From positions 1 to 37,098 of IMG/VR virus record IMGVR_UViG_3300002103_000012: a DNA stretch of 37,098 nucleotides; one strand, written 5' to 3'. Positions 1 through 10,897 of this stretch are shown piece after piece. The stretch's first letter is position 1, and every line of letters begins with the position of its first letter. Under the pieces are notes generated by a model. The model saw only the letters and a list, made by a program, of their open reading frames with translations, had not been told where the DNA came from and did no database searches. A program made the translations under genes and the position numbers. This stretch comes from a virus (taxonomy: Duplodnaviria > Caudoviricetes).

Positions 1-90
1 ATCTCATTCAATTTTAAAAATTTCCCAAAATGAGAGTTTGGCACCCAAACTAATAAATAATTAAAAAAATACAACGAAGGAGGGGAAAGG

Positions 91-552
91 ATGGGAAGAC
101 CTACCAAGTCGGTTATAACAATGAGCAAACATTTAACTAAAGAAGAAAAAGATAATAGAATTGAAAACGAAAAAAAACTAAAAGGAAATTCAGCCAATAT
201 TTCCCCACCTGATTATTTAAGTTTAAAACAAAAAGAAATATTTGAGTATATAGTAACTGAATTAGCAACTAGCGGAATACTTGGAAACTTAGATATCTAT
301 ATTTTATCAACGTGCTGTATTGCTATAGATAGATTAGAAGTAATTGAAAGTAAGATAAATGATAAATTTAGCATGATTATGAATAAAGATTTGATGGCTG
401 CTAAAGACAAGTATAGTAAAGACCTATTTAAAACTGTAAATGAACTTTCATTATCTCCACAAAGCAGAGCAAAAATAGGGAGTATGAATCTTGAAGATGA
501 AAAAAACAAAGTAGATCCTTTGTTAACTGCATTGAAGAGTGGTAAAAAATGA
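91..552 (+). CDS. terS: Terminase small subunit (P27 family)
   Basis: MGRP start, PPDYL motif, C-terminal ELSLSPQSRAK; overlaps terL start. Confidence 0.92.
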   Translation: MGRPTKSVITMSKHLTKEEKDNRIENEKKLKGNSANISPPDYLSLKQKEIFEYIVTELATSGILGNLDIYILSTCCIAIDRLEVIESKINDKFSMIMNKDLMAAKDKYSKDLFKTVNELSLSPQSRAKIGSMNLEDEKNKVDPLLTALKSGKK

Positions 553-2234
553 TATTACTTGAGCGTGCTTTACAATATGCAGAGGATGTTGTAAGTGGCA
601 AAGAAATTACAACCAAAGAAGTTAAGATACAGTGTATATGGTTTTTAGATGATTATAATATTAAGCAACTAGAAGCGGATTATGAATTTTATTTTGATGA
701 AGAAGAATTGTTAAAAATAGATTCACTAATAAAATTATTTAATTATGCCACTGGATTTGTAGCAGGTAAAGAAGTATTAGAATACCTGGCACCATTTCAA
801 TGTTTTCTTATTACAAATATATTTGCATGGAGATATAAAAATAACTATGAAAAATTTAAACATAATGATATAACACTTTTCATAAGTAGAAAAAATGCTA
901 AAACCGCAACAGTAGCATTAATATTTATTCTCCTTATGCTGACTGAACAAAATTATAGTGAGTTTTATTCTATATGTTTAACTAGAGATCTAGCGGCAGA
1001 GTTAAGAAAAGCAATGGTACAACTATTAGAAGCAAGTCCTTATATAGCAAGACATTTTACAGTAAGTAAAACTTTTACCGGAAAGATTGAGTGTAAATTA
1101 ACACATAGTTACTTTCAACCAAGGACCGCTCAGAGCGGAAAGAATAATTCTATAAGGCCAAGTGCATTTGTATCAGATGAACATGGTAATTTTCAAGATG
1201 CTAATAACTTTAATGCCATGAAAGGCGGACAAAAGAACGTTATTAATCCACTTGTATTTAGAACTACAACCGCTTATGCAATTACAAACAGTATTATGGA
1301 AGAAGATATTGACTATATACGCAAGGTATTTGATGGTGTAGTGGATGATGAAAGACAATTTGCTTTACTTTATTATGCTGAAGAAGAACATATATGGGAT
1401 GATATAGGAATATATCAATCTAATCCATTACGAATAGAAGAAAATTATGAGATTGTAAGAGCTAATAGAAAGAAAGCATTACTAAAATCCACTGAAAAAA
1501 TTGAATTTATGACTAAAGATATGAACAACTTTATGCAAGGCGATGCTGAAAATGAATACTTAGATATAAAAGAATGGAAAAAAGGCGAAGTTGATAAGAT
1601 TGATTTGAATGGTAAAGAAGTTGTAATCGGTGGTGACTTTGCAATTAGTTTAGATTTAAATGCAGTAGATATAATGTACAAAGAGGGTAATAAATATTAT
1701 TTAAAATCAAAAGGATTTTTACCAATTGAAACATTGGCAGAACGTAGAGAAAAAATTGATTATTATGCATATGAAAACTTAGGGTATTGCGAATTGATGC
1801 CAGGTAGAATTGCAGACTATGTAAAGATTGAAGCATATATAAGAAGTATAGAAGAATTATATAATTGTAAAATAATAAGTATAGTATCAGATCCTTTCAA
1901 TGCATTGCAGATGATGAATAATTTAAGTGTTGATTATAAAGTAATATTTATTAAACAAACATATACTGGATTAAGTCCTTCTATTAAATCTTTCAGGGAT
2001 GAAGTTTATAAATATAATGTTATACATGAAAAAAACAAACTACTTGATTACTGTGTAAGCAATGCAGTAGAGGTCAGGGCAAAAGTTACAGAGGATATAT
2101 TATTAGCAAAAGAAAACAAAAACAAACAGCGTATTGATATGCTGTTGGCTGGTATATTTGCATTTAGTGAAATATATATTGAAGAAGAAAAGTATGATCC
2201 TATTGAAGCACTTAAAAATATGAGAGCATTATAA
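549..2234 (+). CDS. terL: Terminase large subunit
   Basis: Walker A-like ISRKNAKT, Walker B FVSDE, nuclease GGDFA..DL and C-terminal RID. Confidence 0.95.
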   Translation: MILLERALQYAEDVVSGKEITTKEVKIQCIWFLDDYNIKQLEADYEFYFDEEELLKIDSLIKLFNYATGFVAGKEVLEYLAPFQCFLITNIFAWRYKNNYEKFKHNDITLFISRKNAKTATVALIFILLMLTEQNYSEFYSICLTRDLAAELRKAMVQLLEASPYIARHFTVSKTFTGKIECKLTHSYFQPRTAQSGKNNSIRPSAFVSDEHGNFQDANNFNAMKGGQKNVINPLVFRTTTAYAITNSIMEEDIDYIRKVFDGVVDDERQFALLYYAEEEHIWDDIGIYQSNPLRIEENYEIVRANRKKALLKSTEKIEFMTKDMNNFMQGDAENEYLDIKEWKKGEVDKIDLNGKEVVIGGDFAISLDLNAVDIMYKEGNKYYLKSKGFLPIETLAERREKIDYYAYENLGYCELMPGRIADYVKIEAYIRSIEELYNCKIISIVSDPFNALQMMNNLSVDYKVIFIKQTYTGLSPSIKSFRDEVYKYNVIHEKNKLLDYCVSNAVEVRAKVTEDILLAKENKNKQRIDMLLAGIFAFSEIYIEEEKYDPIEALKNMRAL

Positions 2235-2247
2235 AGAGGGTGAACAA

Positions 2248-2442
2248 ATGAAATGGGTTAAAGAAAAATTTAATAATATAAGAAATATTAAAGCTAATAT
2301 ACTAGCAGATTTGCTAATTATGTTGGCTTTTGTTGTTGTATTTACTACTACATTTACATTAAACAGATATGCTGCAATGTATTTACTAGCTATATTTTTA
2401 TTTTTACTTAGCTATTTTGTAGCGAAGGGAGGTGAAAAATAA
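2248..2442 (+). CDS. Small membrane protein between terL and portal
   Basis: Two hydrophobic segments, RBS GAGGGTG, typical position. Confidence 0.75.
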   Translation: MKWVKEKFNNIRNIKANILADLLIMLAFVVVFTTTFTLNRYAAMYLLAIFLFLLSYFVAKGGEK

Positions 2443-3666
2443 TTGTTTTGGAAAAAAAAAGTACTGGAAAAGAGAATGAGTGTAGAAGAAATGAACAGTT
2501 ATGCATGGTCTACTAACCTTGGTCAACAAAGTTTAGCTGACCCAGAGCTAAAAGAAAGGACCTATTATTCTTGTATTAAGATTTTAGCCGAAAGTGTAGC
2601 GAAGATGCCATGTAAATTAATGCAGAGAAATTCAGAGGGAAAAGTTGATGCTACTAATCATCCTTTATTTGATTTGCTAAAGACTAGACCTAATCCTTTT
2701 ATGTCCTCTATAGATTTTCATAAATGCTTAGAAGCTAATCGCCAACATTATGGAGAGAGTGCAGCTTTTATTGAAAGAAATTTTAAAGGTAATATTACAG
2801 GCATATATCCAATTAGGGTAACTAGATTTGTTATAGATAATATTGGATTATTAAAAAGTAAAATGACTAATCCAATATTAGTTTATTATACTGCTGGGGC
2901 TTACGGAGAGGAATACACTTGCCTTTACGATGATATCATCCATTTAAAAGGATTCACATTTGATGGTTTAACAAGTATTTCAGTTCGAGAAAATTTACAA
3001 GGTACATTAGTAGCAAATAAATTAACACAAGATTACCAAGCAGATGTATTCTCCAATGGTGGTACAAACAAAATTGCCTTACAAATGATGCTAAGTGATA
3101 TTAAAGATACTAAGTCTATTAATAAAATACAAGCTGACTTTAATGCTTTATTTAGTAGTAAAGGTAGAATATTTACAATACCCGCAGGGTATCAAGCAAC
3201 CCCACTAAATGTAAGCCTGGCTGATAATCAATTTATGGAGCTGAAGAAGTTAAATGCTAAAGATATATCAAGTGTTATGGGTGTGCCTAATTATTTATTA
3301 GGTGATTATAGTGATTATAATAATAGCAGTATTGAACAGGCCTCTTTAAGTTACCTTGTAAATACTTTGCAAATATTATTAGAAGGAAATGAATCAGAGC
3401 TTGACTATAAATTATTAACTACAGAGGAAAGAAAAGCAGGGTACTATTTTAATTACGATGAAACTGTTTTACTACGAACAGATGCAAAAGTGCAATCTGA
3501 AATAAATAATAGTTATGTTCAAAATTCAATTTATACTCCTAATGAGGTTAGAATTTCGTTAGGTAAAACAAAACTACCTGACGGCGATGATTTATTGGCA
3601 GCAAGTGGAACTTTAAAAATAAAAGATCTTTATGGTACCGCAAAAGCAAATAGCGGTGGAATATAA
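2443..3666 (+). CDS. Portal protein (HK97 family), TTG start
   Basis: HPLFDLLKTRPNP, DIIHLK, YTPNEVR...LPDGDDL motifs; RBS GGAGGTG. Confidence 0.95.
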   Translation: MFWKKKVLEKRMSVEEMNSYAWSTNLGQQSLADPELKERTYYSCIKILAESVAKMPCKLMQRNSEGKVDATNHPLFDLLKTRPNPFMSSIDFHKCLEANRQHYGESAAFIERNFKGNITGIYPIRVTRFVIDNIGLLKSKMTNPILVYYTAGAYGEEYTCLYDDIIHLKGFTFDGLTSISVRENLQGTLVANKLTQDYQADVFSNGGTNKIALQMMLSDIKDTKSINKIQADFNALFSSKGRIFTIPAGYQATPLNVSLADNQFMELKKLNAKDISSVMGVPNYLLGDYSDYNNSSIEQASLSYLVNTLQILLEGNESELDYKLLTTEERKAGYYFNYDETVLLRTDAKVQSEINNSYVQNSIYTPNEVRISLGKTKLPDGDDLLAASGTLKIKDLYGTAKANSGGI

Positions 3667-3671
3667 AGGAG

Positions 3672-4286
3672 GTGATGAATTTGAGTAAAGAAAAACAAAT
3701 AAGAAGTGCGGTAGATAACAATATTGAAATAAAAAACATTACAGAAAGTGAAAATAATATTGCTACAATAGAAGGTTATATTGCAAAGTTTAATTCTCCG
3801 ACAGTTTTATGGCAAAATTATTTAGAACAATTAGATCCACATTGCTTTGATAAAACACTAGCCGATGGCCACAATATATTTTTACTATATGCTCATGATT
3901 GGGATAAGCCACTAGCTTCTTTAAATACTAAATCATTAACATTAACAGTGGATGCAATAGGATTATATTTTGTTGCTACAGTAGATACAAACATAAGTTA
4001 TATAAAAGATACTGTTAATTTAATAAAGGCAGGGCTTACAGTTGGATGTAGTTTTGGATTTTGGATATTAGCAGAAAATGAAGTTTATGATGCTAGTACT
4101 GATACAATAACAGATACATTACTAGAAATCCAATTAATTGAAGGCAGCGTGTTAAGTAATCCACAGTATACAGATACAACAGTTTCAGCTAGAGCAAAGG
4201 ATAAATCAGAGCTTTATAAACAAAAGCAAGACAAGTTAAAAGAAGATGAATTATATTTAGAGCTTATTAAAATTGAGTTAGAGTAA
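3672..4286 (+). CDS. Prohead protease (HK97 family)
   Basis: IEGYIAKFN, LLYAHD, GCSFGF, EGSVLSNPQY motifs. Confidence 0.93.
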   Translation: MMNLSKEKQIRSAVDNNIEIKNITESENNIATIEGYIAKFNSPTVLWQNYLEQLDPHCFDKTLADGHNIFLLYAHDWDKPLASLNTKSLTLTVDAIGLYFVATVDTNISYIKDTVNLIKAGLTVGCSFGFWILAENEVYDASTDTITDTLLEIQLIEGSVLSNPQYTDTTVSARAKDKSELYKQKQDKLKEDELYLELIKIELE

Positions 4287-4337
4287 TCTAACTTTTTATT
4301 ATATAAAAAAATAATTAAAAAATAGGAGGAATTATAT

Positions 4338-5435
4338 ATGACAAGCAAACAGTTAAGAGAATTAATTGCATCAAAGACAATAGAGGTAAGAGGGTTTTTA
4401 GATACAAAAGATGCAGCAAAGGCAAAAACTTCTAATGAGGAATTAAGAGGGTTAAAAGATTCATTAGTAATTGCTTTGGAATTAGAAGTAGAGGAAAAAA
4501 TGGAACTCGAAGAACAAGAAAGAGCAAAAAAAGCAGCAGCAACAAAAACACCTGGAAAAGAATTAGAAACAAATGAAATGCGTTCAATTGTTAAAAAAGT
4601 ACTAGGATTAAATATGACAGTAGAAGAAAGAGCAGCAGTAACAAGCCTTGAAAATGGCGCAGTATTACCAAAAGAATTTATTAACAAAATTGTTGAAATA
4701 CAAAAGGGCTACGGATCTTTAAAATATCTATGTGATATTATTCCAGTTACAAAAAATGAGGGTACTATTCCAGTAATTGATCTTGACCAAAATGCTTTGC
4801 TAGATGTTGTAGAGGGTGAGGATATCGTAGATGGTGCTTTAGTAACTACAGACTTAGCTTTCAAATGTACTAAAGTTGGGTTAATTCAGACATTAACTAG
4901 TGAACTACTAGATGATGCTAGTGTGGAAATTGAAACTTTAGCTAAAAAGAACTTTGCAAATATTGCGGTAGTTAAAGAAAACGCTAAAATACTTGCGGTA
5001 ATTAAAACAAATGCAGCAGAGATTGTAGCAACAGAATACGAGGATATAGATAAAACAATTGATAGTGCATTACCTTCTGTTAAAGCTGGGTTAGTTACAT
5101 TTACAAACGTAAGCGGATATGTATATTTAAAAGGTTTGAAAGACCTAACAACTGGTAGAAAGCTAGACTTAGTTACAATAGTTAATGGTGTAGAAACTTA
5201 TTACAGCAAGCCACTTATAGTTGTGGAAGATGCTATGCTACCTGCAACCGCCTTGAAAAAAGTTTTTTATGTAGCAAATGCAAAAGAAGCAATCAAATAT
5301 TTTGATAGACAAGCAATAACAATAGCTACTAGTATTGAAGCTGGATTTAAAAATGATACTAAAAAAGTTAGAATCCTAGAAAGATTCGATGTTGCTAAAG
5401 GGTCAGTAAGAAGTATTAAGAAAATAGAATTTTAG
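4338..5435 (+). CDS. Major capsid protein (HK97 fold, N-terminal delta domain)
   Basis: Coiled-coil N-terminus, GAVLPKEF, RILERFD; followed by terminator. Confidence 0.93.
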   Translation: MTSKQLRELIASKTIEVRGFLDTKDAAKAKTSNEELRGLKDSLVIALELEVEEKMELEEQERAKKAAATKTPGKELETNEMRSIVKKVLGLNMTVEERAAVTSLENGAVLPKEFINKIVEIQKGYGSLKYLCDIIPVTKNEGTIPVIDLDQNALLDVVEGEDIVDGALVTTDLAFKCTKVGLIQTLTSELLDDASVEIETLAKKNFANIAVVKENAKILAVIKTNAAEIVATEYEDIDKTIDSALPSVKAGLVTFTNVSGYVYLKGLKDLTTGRKLDLVTIVNGVETYYSKPLIVVEDAMLPATALKKVFYVANAKEAIKYFDRQAITIATSIEAGFKNDTKKVRILERFDVAKGSVRSIKKIEF

Positions 5436-5464
5436 TAAAGGGGATTTATTCCCCTTTACTTTTT
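5434..5464 (+). terminator. Rho-independent terminator after capsid gene
   Basis: AGTAAAGGGG(A)-loop-(T)CCCCTTTACT followed by TTTT. Confidence 0.85.
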
Positions 5465-5478
5465 AAAGAGGTGATGTT

Positions 5479-5763
5479 ATGGATTTAGATTATATAAAAA
5501 TTTATATGAGAATAGATGGTAATGAAGATGATCCATACTTACAAGATCTAATTGAAATTAGTGAAATTTATATCGACTCTATGGTTGGCGAAAATTATAA
5601 ACTTGATGTAAAGTTATCAAAACTTTCTACATTATTACAACAAAAATTAATTAGTGATATGTACGAAAGTAGAGGTACACAAATACCTTCAGGAACTAAG
5701 ACTGATAGAATAGTTGAAAGCATATTAATGAAATTATCTATAGCTGAAAGCGTTATTATATGA
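5479..5763 (+). CDS. Head-tail connector (gp6-like)
   Basis: IKIYMRIDGNEDD...MYESR pattern; position. Confidence 0.88.
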   Translation: MDLDYIKIYMRIDGNEDDPYLQDLIEISEIYIDSMVGENYKLDVKLSKLSTLLQQKLISDMYESRGTQIPSGTKTDRIVESILMKLSIAESVII

Positions 5764-6071
5764 ATAGAAATAAACGAATATATTTTGAAACATATGCTAC
5801 AACTGAAAATGATATGGGTGATCCAGTAAAAGGCTGGATTCCTTTTAAACCATTATGGGCTAGTGCTACTAATCTTAGCGGTAGAGAATATTTTGTTGCT
5901 ATGCAAGTACAGGCAGAACAAACAATTGTATTTAATATTAGATATTGTAAAGATATTAAAGAAGATATGAGAATAGTTTTTAATAATCAAAATTATGATA
6001 TTAATTTTATTGATGATGTAAAGTTTGAGCATAAAGAAATGAATATTAAAGCATTGTTGGCGGTGGTTTAA
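5760..6071 (+). CDS. Head closure / head-tail adaptor
   Basis: LWASATNLSGREYF, FNIRY, MRIVFN..YDI. Confidence 0.9.
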   Translation: MNRNKRIYFETYATTENDMGDPVKGWIPFKPLWASATNLSGREYFVAMQVQAEQTIVFNIRYCKDIKEDMRIVFNNQNYDINFIDDVKFEHKEMNIKALLAVV

Positions 6072-6524
6072 ATGGCAATGCCTAAAAGCCAAATGAAAAT
6101 AAATAAAAATGGTATAAGGTATATGTCTAATGTTAATAGAGCAAGTTTTACAATTAAACAATTAAGTAGAGCAGCTTTAAAGGATTGCTCTAAAGCATTG
6201 TTATATATGATGAAAGCAGAGGCTAAAAAATCACCAAGTTTAAAAAAAATATCCAAAGGAAAAAGGTTTAAAGGAATATTTCAGTATTGGTTGCCTAAAA
6301 CAGGGGAATTAATACTAGGAATTAAAGCTGGTACATGGTATGCAGCGGATGCCGAAGTTGGAAATAAGCGACAGCCACAACGAGGTATTTTAAAAAATAC
6401 TGTGTTGTCAAATATTGATTTTATAAGAAAAATGCAAGGTAGATATTTATCACAAATTAATGATGAAAATTTAGAAAATGGCATAATCGATGAAGCAGAA
6501 CACTCCAGTAACCAGGATGATTAA
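6072..6524 (+). CDS. Neck protein (HK97 gp10-like)
   Basis: WYAADAEVGNKRQPQRGIL motif; position. Confidence 0.7.
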   Translation: MAMPKSQMKINKNGIRYMSNVNRASFTIKQLSRAALKDCSKALLYMMKAEAKKSPSLKKISKGKRFKGIFQYWLPKTGELILGIKAGTWYAADAEVGNKRQPQRGILKNTVLSNIDFIRKMQGRYLSQINDENLENGIIDEAEHSSNQDD

Positions 6525-6555
6525 TATTTTTTAGCAATATAAGTGAGGTAATAAC

Positions 6556-6951
6556 ATGATTGAAATTAGAAAATCTATAAATGCTTATTTAAAAATTCTT
6601 CATCCTAGAGTTTATTTTCTGCAAGCACCAGAAGCGGCAATATACCCTTATATTGTTTATAGTGTTACAGTTTACCCAGATGGTGAAGGTAGTGAATTGG
6701 TGGACTTAGAAGTTGATGGGTGGGATATGAACTTAACAAGTGATACAACGGTAATTGAAACAATGATGGCAACTATAAATGGAAAACTTGATGATAACGG
6801 AAATCCTACTGGAATTGATAAAAAAACACTGACTACTGGCGTAATAACAGTGACATTTTACAATGAAAATATGATTCCATTACTTGATAGTACAGATAAA
6901 GCAATTCATAGGCGTAAATATTCATATTCAGGACAGTTAATAAGAAATTAG
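6556..6951 (+). CDS. Tail terminator/completion protein
   Basis: RVYFLQAP...YPYIVY, VDGWD; precedes major tail gene. Confidence 0.75.
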   Translation: MIEIRKSINAYLKILHPRVYFLQAPEAAIYPYIVYSVTVYPDGEGSELVDLEVDGWDMNLTSDTTVIETMMATINGKLDDNGNPTGIDKKTLTTGVITVTFYNENMIPLLDSTDKAIHRRKYSYSGQLIRN

Positions 6952-6962
6952 GAGGTTACAAT

Positions 6963-7520
6963 ATGAAAGTAACAAAGGAACAGATAGAAAATGTACAAGT
7001 CGATTATGGTATTGTTTATTCGAATTACGGAGAAATAGATCAAGCAAAATTAGGACCAGTCAGGGGCGGTGGAGAGTTCGCAGCTGAAGCAAAAATAAGT
7101 CAGATTGAATTTGATGGCGCAAATGGAGCAGATATGGGAACGGAATACGTAGAAAGTGTTGATGCGGCTTTAAGTGTAGTAGTATTAGATAGTGGTATTA
7201 AATCATTATCTACCGCCATGCCATGGGCAACTTATGATGAAACAGCAGGAACATTAACCTGCGGAACTGCTAATATAGGTATAATAGCATTAACTTCATA
7301 CTTAAAGAATGTAACTATGTTTTGTAAAACTGTGAAAGGTGAGTATAGAAAAATCACTTTATACAATGCAATGAATTTAGCAAAGTTTGCATTTAAAGCA
7401 GTACCAAAAAAACAAGGTGAAGTTAGTTTAGAACTTTCAGCACATTGGGATCACACAGATGATACTCAAAACTTATTTGAAATTAGTACAATAGCTTCAA
7501 TAGTTGATCCAATAGTATAA
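6963..7520 (+). CDS. Major tail protein
   Basis: LGPVRGGGEF, ITLYNA; strong RBS; followed by terminator. Confidence 0.85.
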   Translation: MKVTKEQIENVQVDYGIVYSNYGEIDQAKLGPVRGGGEFAAEAKISQIEFDGANGADMGTEYVESVDAALSVVVLDSGIKSLSTAMPWATYDETAGTLTCGTANIGIIALTSYLKNVTMFCKTVKGEYRKITLYNAMNLAKFAFKAVPKKQGEVSLELSAHWDHTDDTQNLFEISTIASIVDPIV

Positions 7521-7526
7521 AAAAAC

Positions 7527-7560
7527 AAGCAATGGGAGAAATCTCATTGCTTTTAATTTT
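7527..7560 (+). terminator. Terminator after major tail gene
   Basis: AAGCAATGGGA-GAAA-TCTCATTGCTT then T-rich tail. Confidence 0.8.
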
Positions 7561-7571
7561 AGGAGGAACAC

Positions 7572-7847
7572 ATGAATATTAGACAAAGCATGAAATTATC
7601 AGCGATAATTGATAAAATGGAATTAAGAATATCTAATCCAAAAGATGGCCAAGAAGAAATTGGAGCAGATCTAATTGTTCAGGTTGTAAGTAAAGCACAT
7701 AAGGCAGAAAAAGAAATATATAGTTTCGTAGCAGAATTAAATAAAATATCCCCTGAAGAAGCTGAAGAAGTCGACATAATTGAATTTATAAAAGGACTTC
7801 AAGAGGTGAAAGGTTTGCAAAGTTTTTTTACCTCTGTAGTGAAATAA
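7572..7847 (+). CDS. Tail assembly chaperone (gpG-like)
   Basis: Between MTP and TMP; in-frame slippery T TTT TTT at 7823-7829. Confidence 0.85.
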   Translation: MNIRQSMKLSAIIDKMELRISNPKDGQEEIGADLIVQVVSKAHKAEKEIYSFVAELNKISPEEAEEVDIIEFIKGLQEVKGLQSFFTSVVK

Positions 7848-8167
7848 GCCAGCCTAAATTATTAGAAGTATTAAATAAAATATACGGATATAGTGTAATG
7901 GAAATGGAATTTAGTCTAGATTTATTTGTTTATGCATTAGAAAAAAATGTTGAAAACAGCCAGTTTGAAATGTGGAAAGTTCAATTTAATGATGCAATGC
8001 AAATTTCTAGAGAAGATTTTATATCTTTCATAGAATATAAGGAAACATTAAAGACTAAAAGAATTGAAAAAGCTACTGAAATTTCATATGAAGAAATTGA
8101 AAAAGAAATGGAATTAGTCGAAAAAGCCTTTGAAAGAAAGGAGGTAATTCAAAATGGAATTATTTAG
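7823..8167 (+). CDS. Tail chaperone gpT-like part, reached by -1 frameshift (ORF track start 7898)
   Basis: -1 frame is open from the slippery site (FFYLCSEISQPKLLEVLNKIYGYSVM...) to 8167; no clear RBS before 7898. Confidence 0.8.
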   Translation, partial: FFYLCSEISQPKLLEVLNKIYGYSVMEMEFSLDLFVYALEKNVENSQFEMWKVQFNDAMQISREDFISFIEYKETLKTKRIEKATEISYEEIEKEMELVEKAFERKEVIQNGII

Positions 8168-10196
8168 ATTGTTTGGATCAATATTTGTAGATACTGAAAA
8201 TGCAGATGCAAGTTTGCAAAATACAGACCAAAACGCTGAAAAAGTTGGAAATACATTTTTAAAAAGTGTAGGTAGTGCTGCAAAGTTTGGGATAGGTATA
8301 GCGGCTGCAGTTGGAGCAGCTGCACTAGCAGTTATTGGACTTAGCGTAAATATAGGCGAAGATTTACAAAAGGCCTTAAATGGATTACAAAGTGAAACAG
8401 GAACTACAGATGAAGCCATGAAAGGTATGAGAGAATCTTTATTATCTATTTATAATAACAATTTTGGAGAAAGTTTTGATGATATAGCGAAATCTATGGC
8501 CCTTGTAGCAAAACAAACAGGTCTTACAGGTAAAGAATTAGAAAGTGCAACTACTAATGCTCTATTGCTGCGAGATACTTTTGAAATGGATGTAACTGGC
8601 TCGATATCTGCAGTTGACCAATTAATGAAACAATTCGGACTAACATCGGAGCAAAGTTATAATTTGATGGCTTTAGGTGCCCAAAACGGAATGAATGCAC
8701 AGGATGACCTAGTAGATATAGTAAAGGAATATTCTGTACAATTTAAAGGTATGGGATTTAATGCTGAGGAAATGTTTAACATGTTATCCAATGGTGCTAA
8801 AGCTGGTGGATTTAGTATTGATGTTATGGGTGATGCAGTAAAAGAGTTTAATATTAGGTCTAAAGATGGTAGTAAAGCCACAGGAGACGCTTTTAAATCT
8901 TTAGGCTTAGATGCTGGGGCATTAACAAAAGCATTTGGTAAAGGTGGAGAAGATGGTAAAAAAGCATTTATTAGTGTAAGTGATGCACTCGCAAATTGTA
9001 AAGATCCTCTTGTTCAAAATCAAGTTGGTACTGCTTTATGGGGAACAATGTGGGAAGATCTAGGTGCAAAAGGTATTCTAGCACTCGGCACCACGAAAGG
9101 AAAAATTGATGAAACCACAAATGCTTTAGAAAAGATAAATGCGGTAAAATATAACACATTTACTGAGGCAATGGTAGGAATAAAAAGAAATCTTGAAACG
9201 GGAATATTAATACCTATATCTGAAAAAATTCTACCTGCTTTAAGTAATTTTTCAAACTATATTATAGCAAACATGCCTATTATAAAACAATATATATTAG
9301 ATATGACAAATATAGTTTTAGAAAAATTTGATAAAATTGTTGTTATAGTTAAAGATATTGCACAAAATATTTTTCCGGGTATGAAATTATCTACTTTTAA
9401 TTTAAAAGAAGAGGTAAAAAAATTAGTAACTACTGGATTAAATATATTAATAACTGCTTTAACTTGGGTGAGAGATAATATACCACTTATAAAAGGTGTA
9501 GTTGTAGGACTTACTGCAGTATGGGTTATTCAAAAGGGAATTGTAGTAGCACATAATATTGTACTAGGTATCCATAATGGAATATTACTTATTGCAAATA
9601 CAAGGTTACTACTAATGAAAGGGTATTTAGTAGCTTTAAATATTGCACTAGGACTCTATACTGCAGCAACAAAAGCAGGATCCATTGCACAAGGTGCATT
9701 TAATTTAGTTATGGGATTAAACCCTATCGCAAAAGTTATTTTAGTTTTAGGACTTCTTGGAACGGCAATTTATGAAGTAGTTAAGCATTGGAAAGATATA
9801 TGTACATGGATTGAAAAGGCATGGAATTGGCTTACAACATGGAATGGAACTAAAATGTCTGACAAAGAATCAAAAGTAGTTACAAAACAAATAACAGAAA
9901 AATCTAATAACAGCAATGGTGGTCAATATGGGTTTGCAGTAGGTACACGCTATTTACCAGGGGATATGATTATACAGGCACATGAAGGAGAAATGATAGT
10001 ACCCAAGAGTGAAAATCCATATGCAAATAGCAAGGGCAATATATTAAATGGCGCTAATAATACTGCAAGCGGGGCACCTATGACGATACAATTAGTATTA
10101 CAAAATGGAAAAGCAATAGCAGAATTTATTGTAGATGATTTAGACAGTTTAATGGGTAATAAAAATAAAATTACAGGAAGGAGTGTTGGAATATGA
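8154..10196 (+). CDS. Tape measure protein
   Basis: MELFRLFGSIFVD start, Ala/Gly-rich, DAVKEFNIRSKDGS and LWGTMWEDLG motifs, hydrophobic segments. Confidence 0.93.
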   Translation: MELFRLFGSIFVDTENADASLQNTDQNAEKVGNTFLKSVGSAAKFGIGIAAAVGAAALAVIGLSVNIGEDLQKALNGLQSETGTTDEAMKGMRESLLSIYNNNFGESFDDIAKSMALVAKQTGLTGKELESATTNALLLRDTFEMDVTGSISAVDQLMKQFGLTSEQSYNLMALGAQNGMNAQDDLVDIVKEYSVQFKGMGFNAEEMFNMLSNGAKAGGFSIDVMGDAVKEFNIRSKDGSKATGDAFKSLGLDAGALTKAFGKGGEDGKKAFISVSDALANCKDPLVQNQVGTALWGTMWEDLGAKGILALGTTKGKIDETTNALEKINAVKYNTFTEAMVGIKRNLETGILIPISEKILPALSNFSNYIIANMPIIKQYILDMTNIVLEKFDKIVVIVKDIAQNIFPGMKLSTFNLKEEVKKLVTTGLNILITALTWVRDNIPLIKGVVVGLTAVWVIQKGIVVAHNIVLGIHNGILLIANTRLLLMKGYLVALNIALGLYTAATKAGSIAQGAFNLVMGLNPIAKVILVLGLLGTAIYEVVKHWKDICTWIEKAWNWLTTWNGTKMSDKESKVVTKQITEKSNNSNGGQYGFAVGTRYLPGDMIIQAHEGEMIVPKSENPYANSKGNILNGANNTASGAPMTIQLVLQNGKAIAEFIVDDLDSLMGNKNKITGRSVGI

Positions 10197-10897
10197 AGGG
10201 AATAACCTTTAATTTTAAGCACTCTTTTTCTGACTTTAATTTAATTCTTAATGATAAAAAAATAGGCACGCCATCAAAAAAGAAAATTAAAATCGATGTA
10301 CCTTTTATGAATGGAGTTTATGATTTTAGCACAATTGGAAGTAATGGAGAAATGACATATAATCAACGAGTAATTGAAGTTAAACTTACTTTAATTGCTT
10401 ATAGTAAGGCAAAATTGCATAGTGATTTAACTAAAATTACAGAATGGCTTCAAGACATAGGACAATCAAAATTAATTTTTGATGATATAAAAGATTATTA
10501 TTTTTTAGCAGAAATAGAAGAAGGAATTGGGATACTAGAATCTAACAAAATAGCAGAAATTACAATTAAATTTATAGCAGAGCCTTTTAAAATTGGTACA
10601 AGTATAGAAGGTACTAATCAGTTATGGGATACATTTAATTTTGAAACTGACTATTTACAAAATACTGATTTTAATATAATTGGTAGTGAAAATATTACTA
10701 TTTATAACCCAGGAAGAAGTGTGTCACCTATGATAAGCGCATCCGTAGCAATGTCAGTAATTATAAATGGAGATACTTTTAGTTTATATCAAGGAGACAA
10801 TGTAGATTATAGATTTAAATTTAAAAGTGGTTCAAATACAGTAGTTGCAACAGGCACTGGACAAATTGGGTTTTATTTTAGGAAGCAGGTGCTTTAA
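10193..10897 (+). CDS. Distal tail protein (Dit)
   Basis: ITFNFKHSFSDF, VPFMNG, IKFIAEPFK; follows TMP. Confidence 0.85.
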   Translation: MKGITFNFKHSFSDFNLILNDKKIGTPSKKKIKIDVPFMNGVYDFSTIGSNGEMTYNQRVIEVKLTLIAYSKAKLHSDLTKITEWLQDIGQSKLIFDDIKDYYFLAEIEEGIGILESNKIAEITIKFIAEPFKIGTSIEGTNQLWDTFNFETDYLQNTDFNIIGSENITIYNPGRSVSPMISASVAMSVIINGDTFSLYQGDNVDYRFKFKSGSNTVVATGTGQIGFYFRKQVL

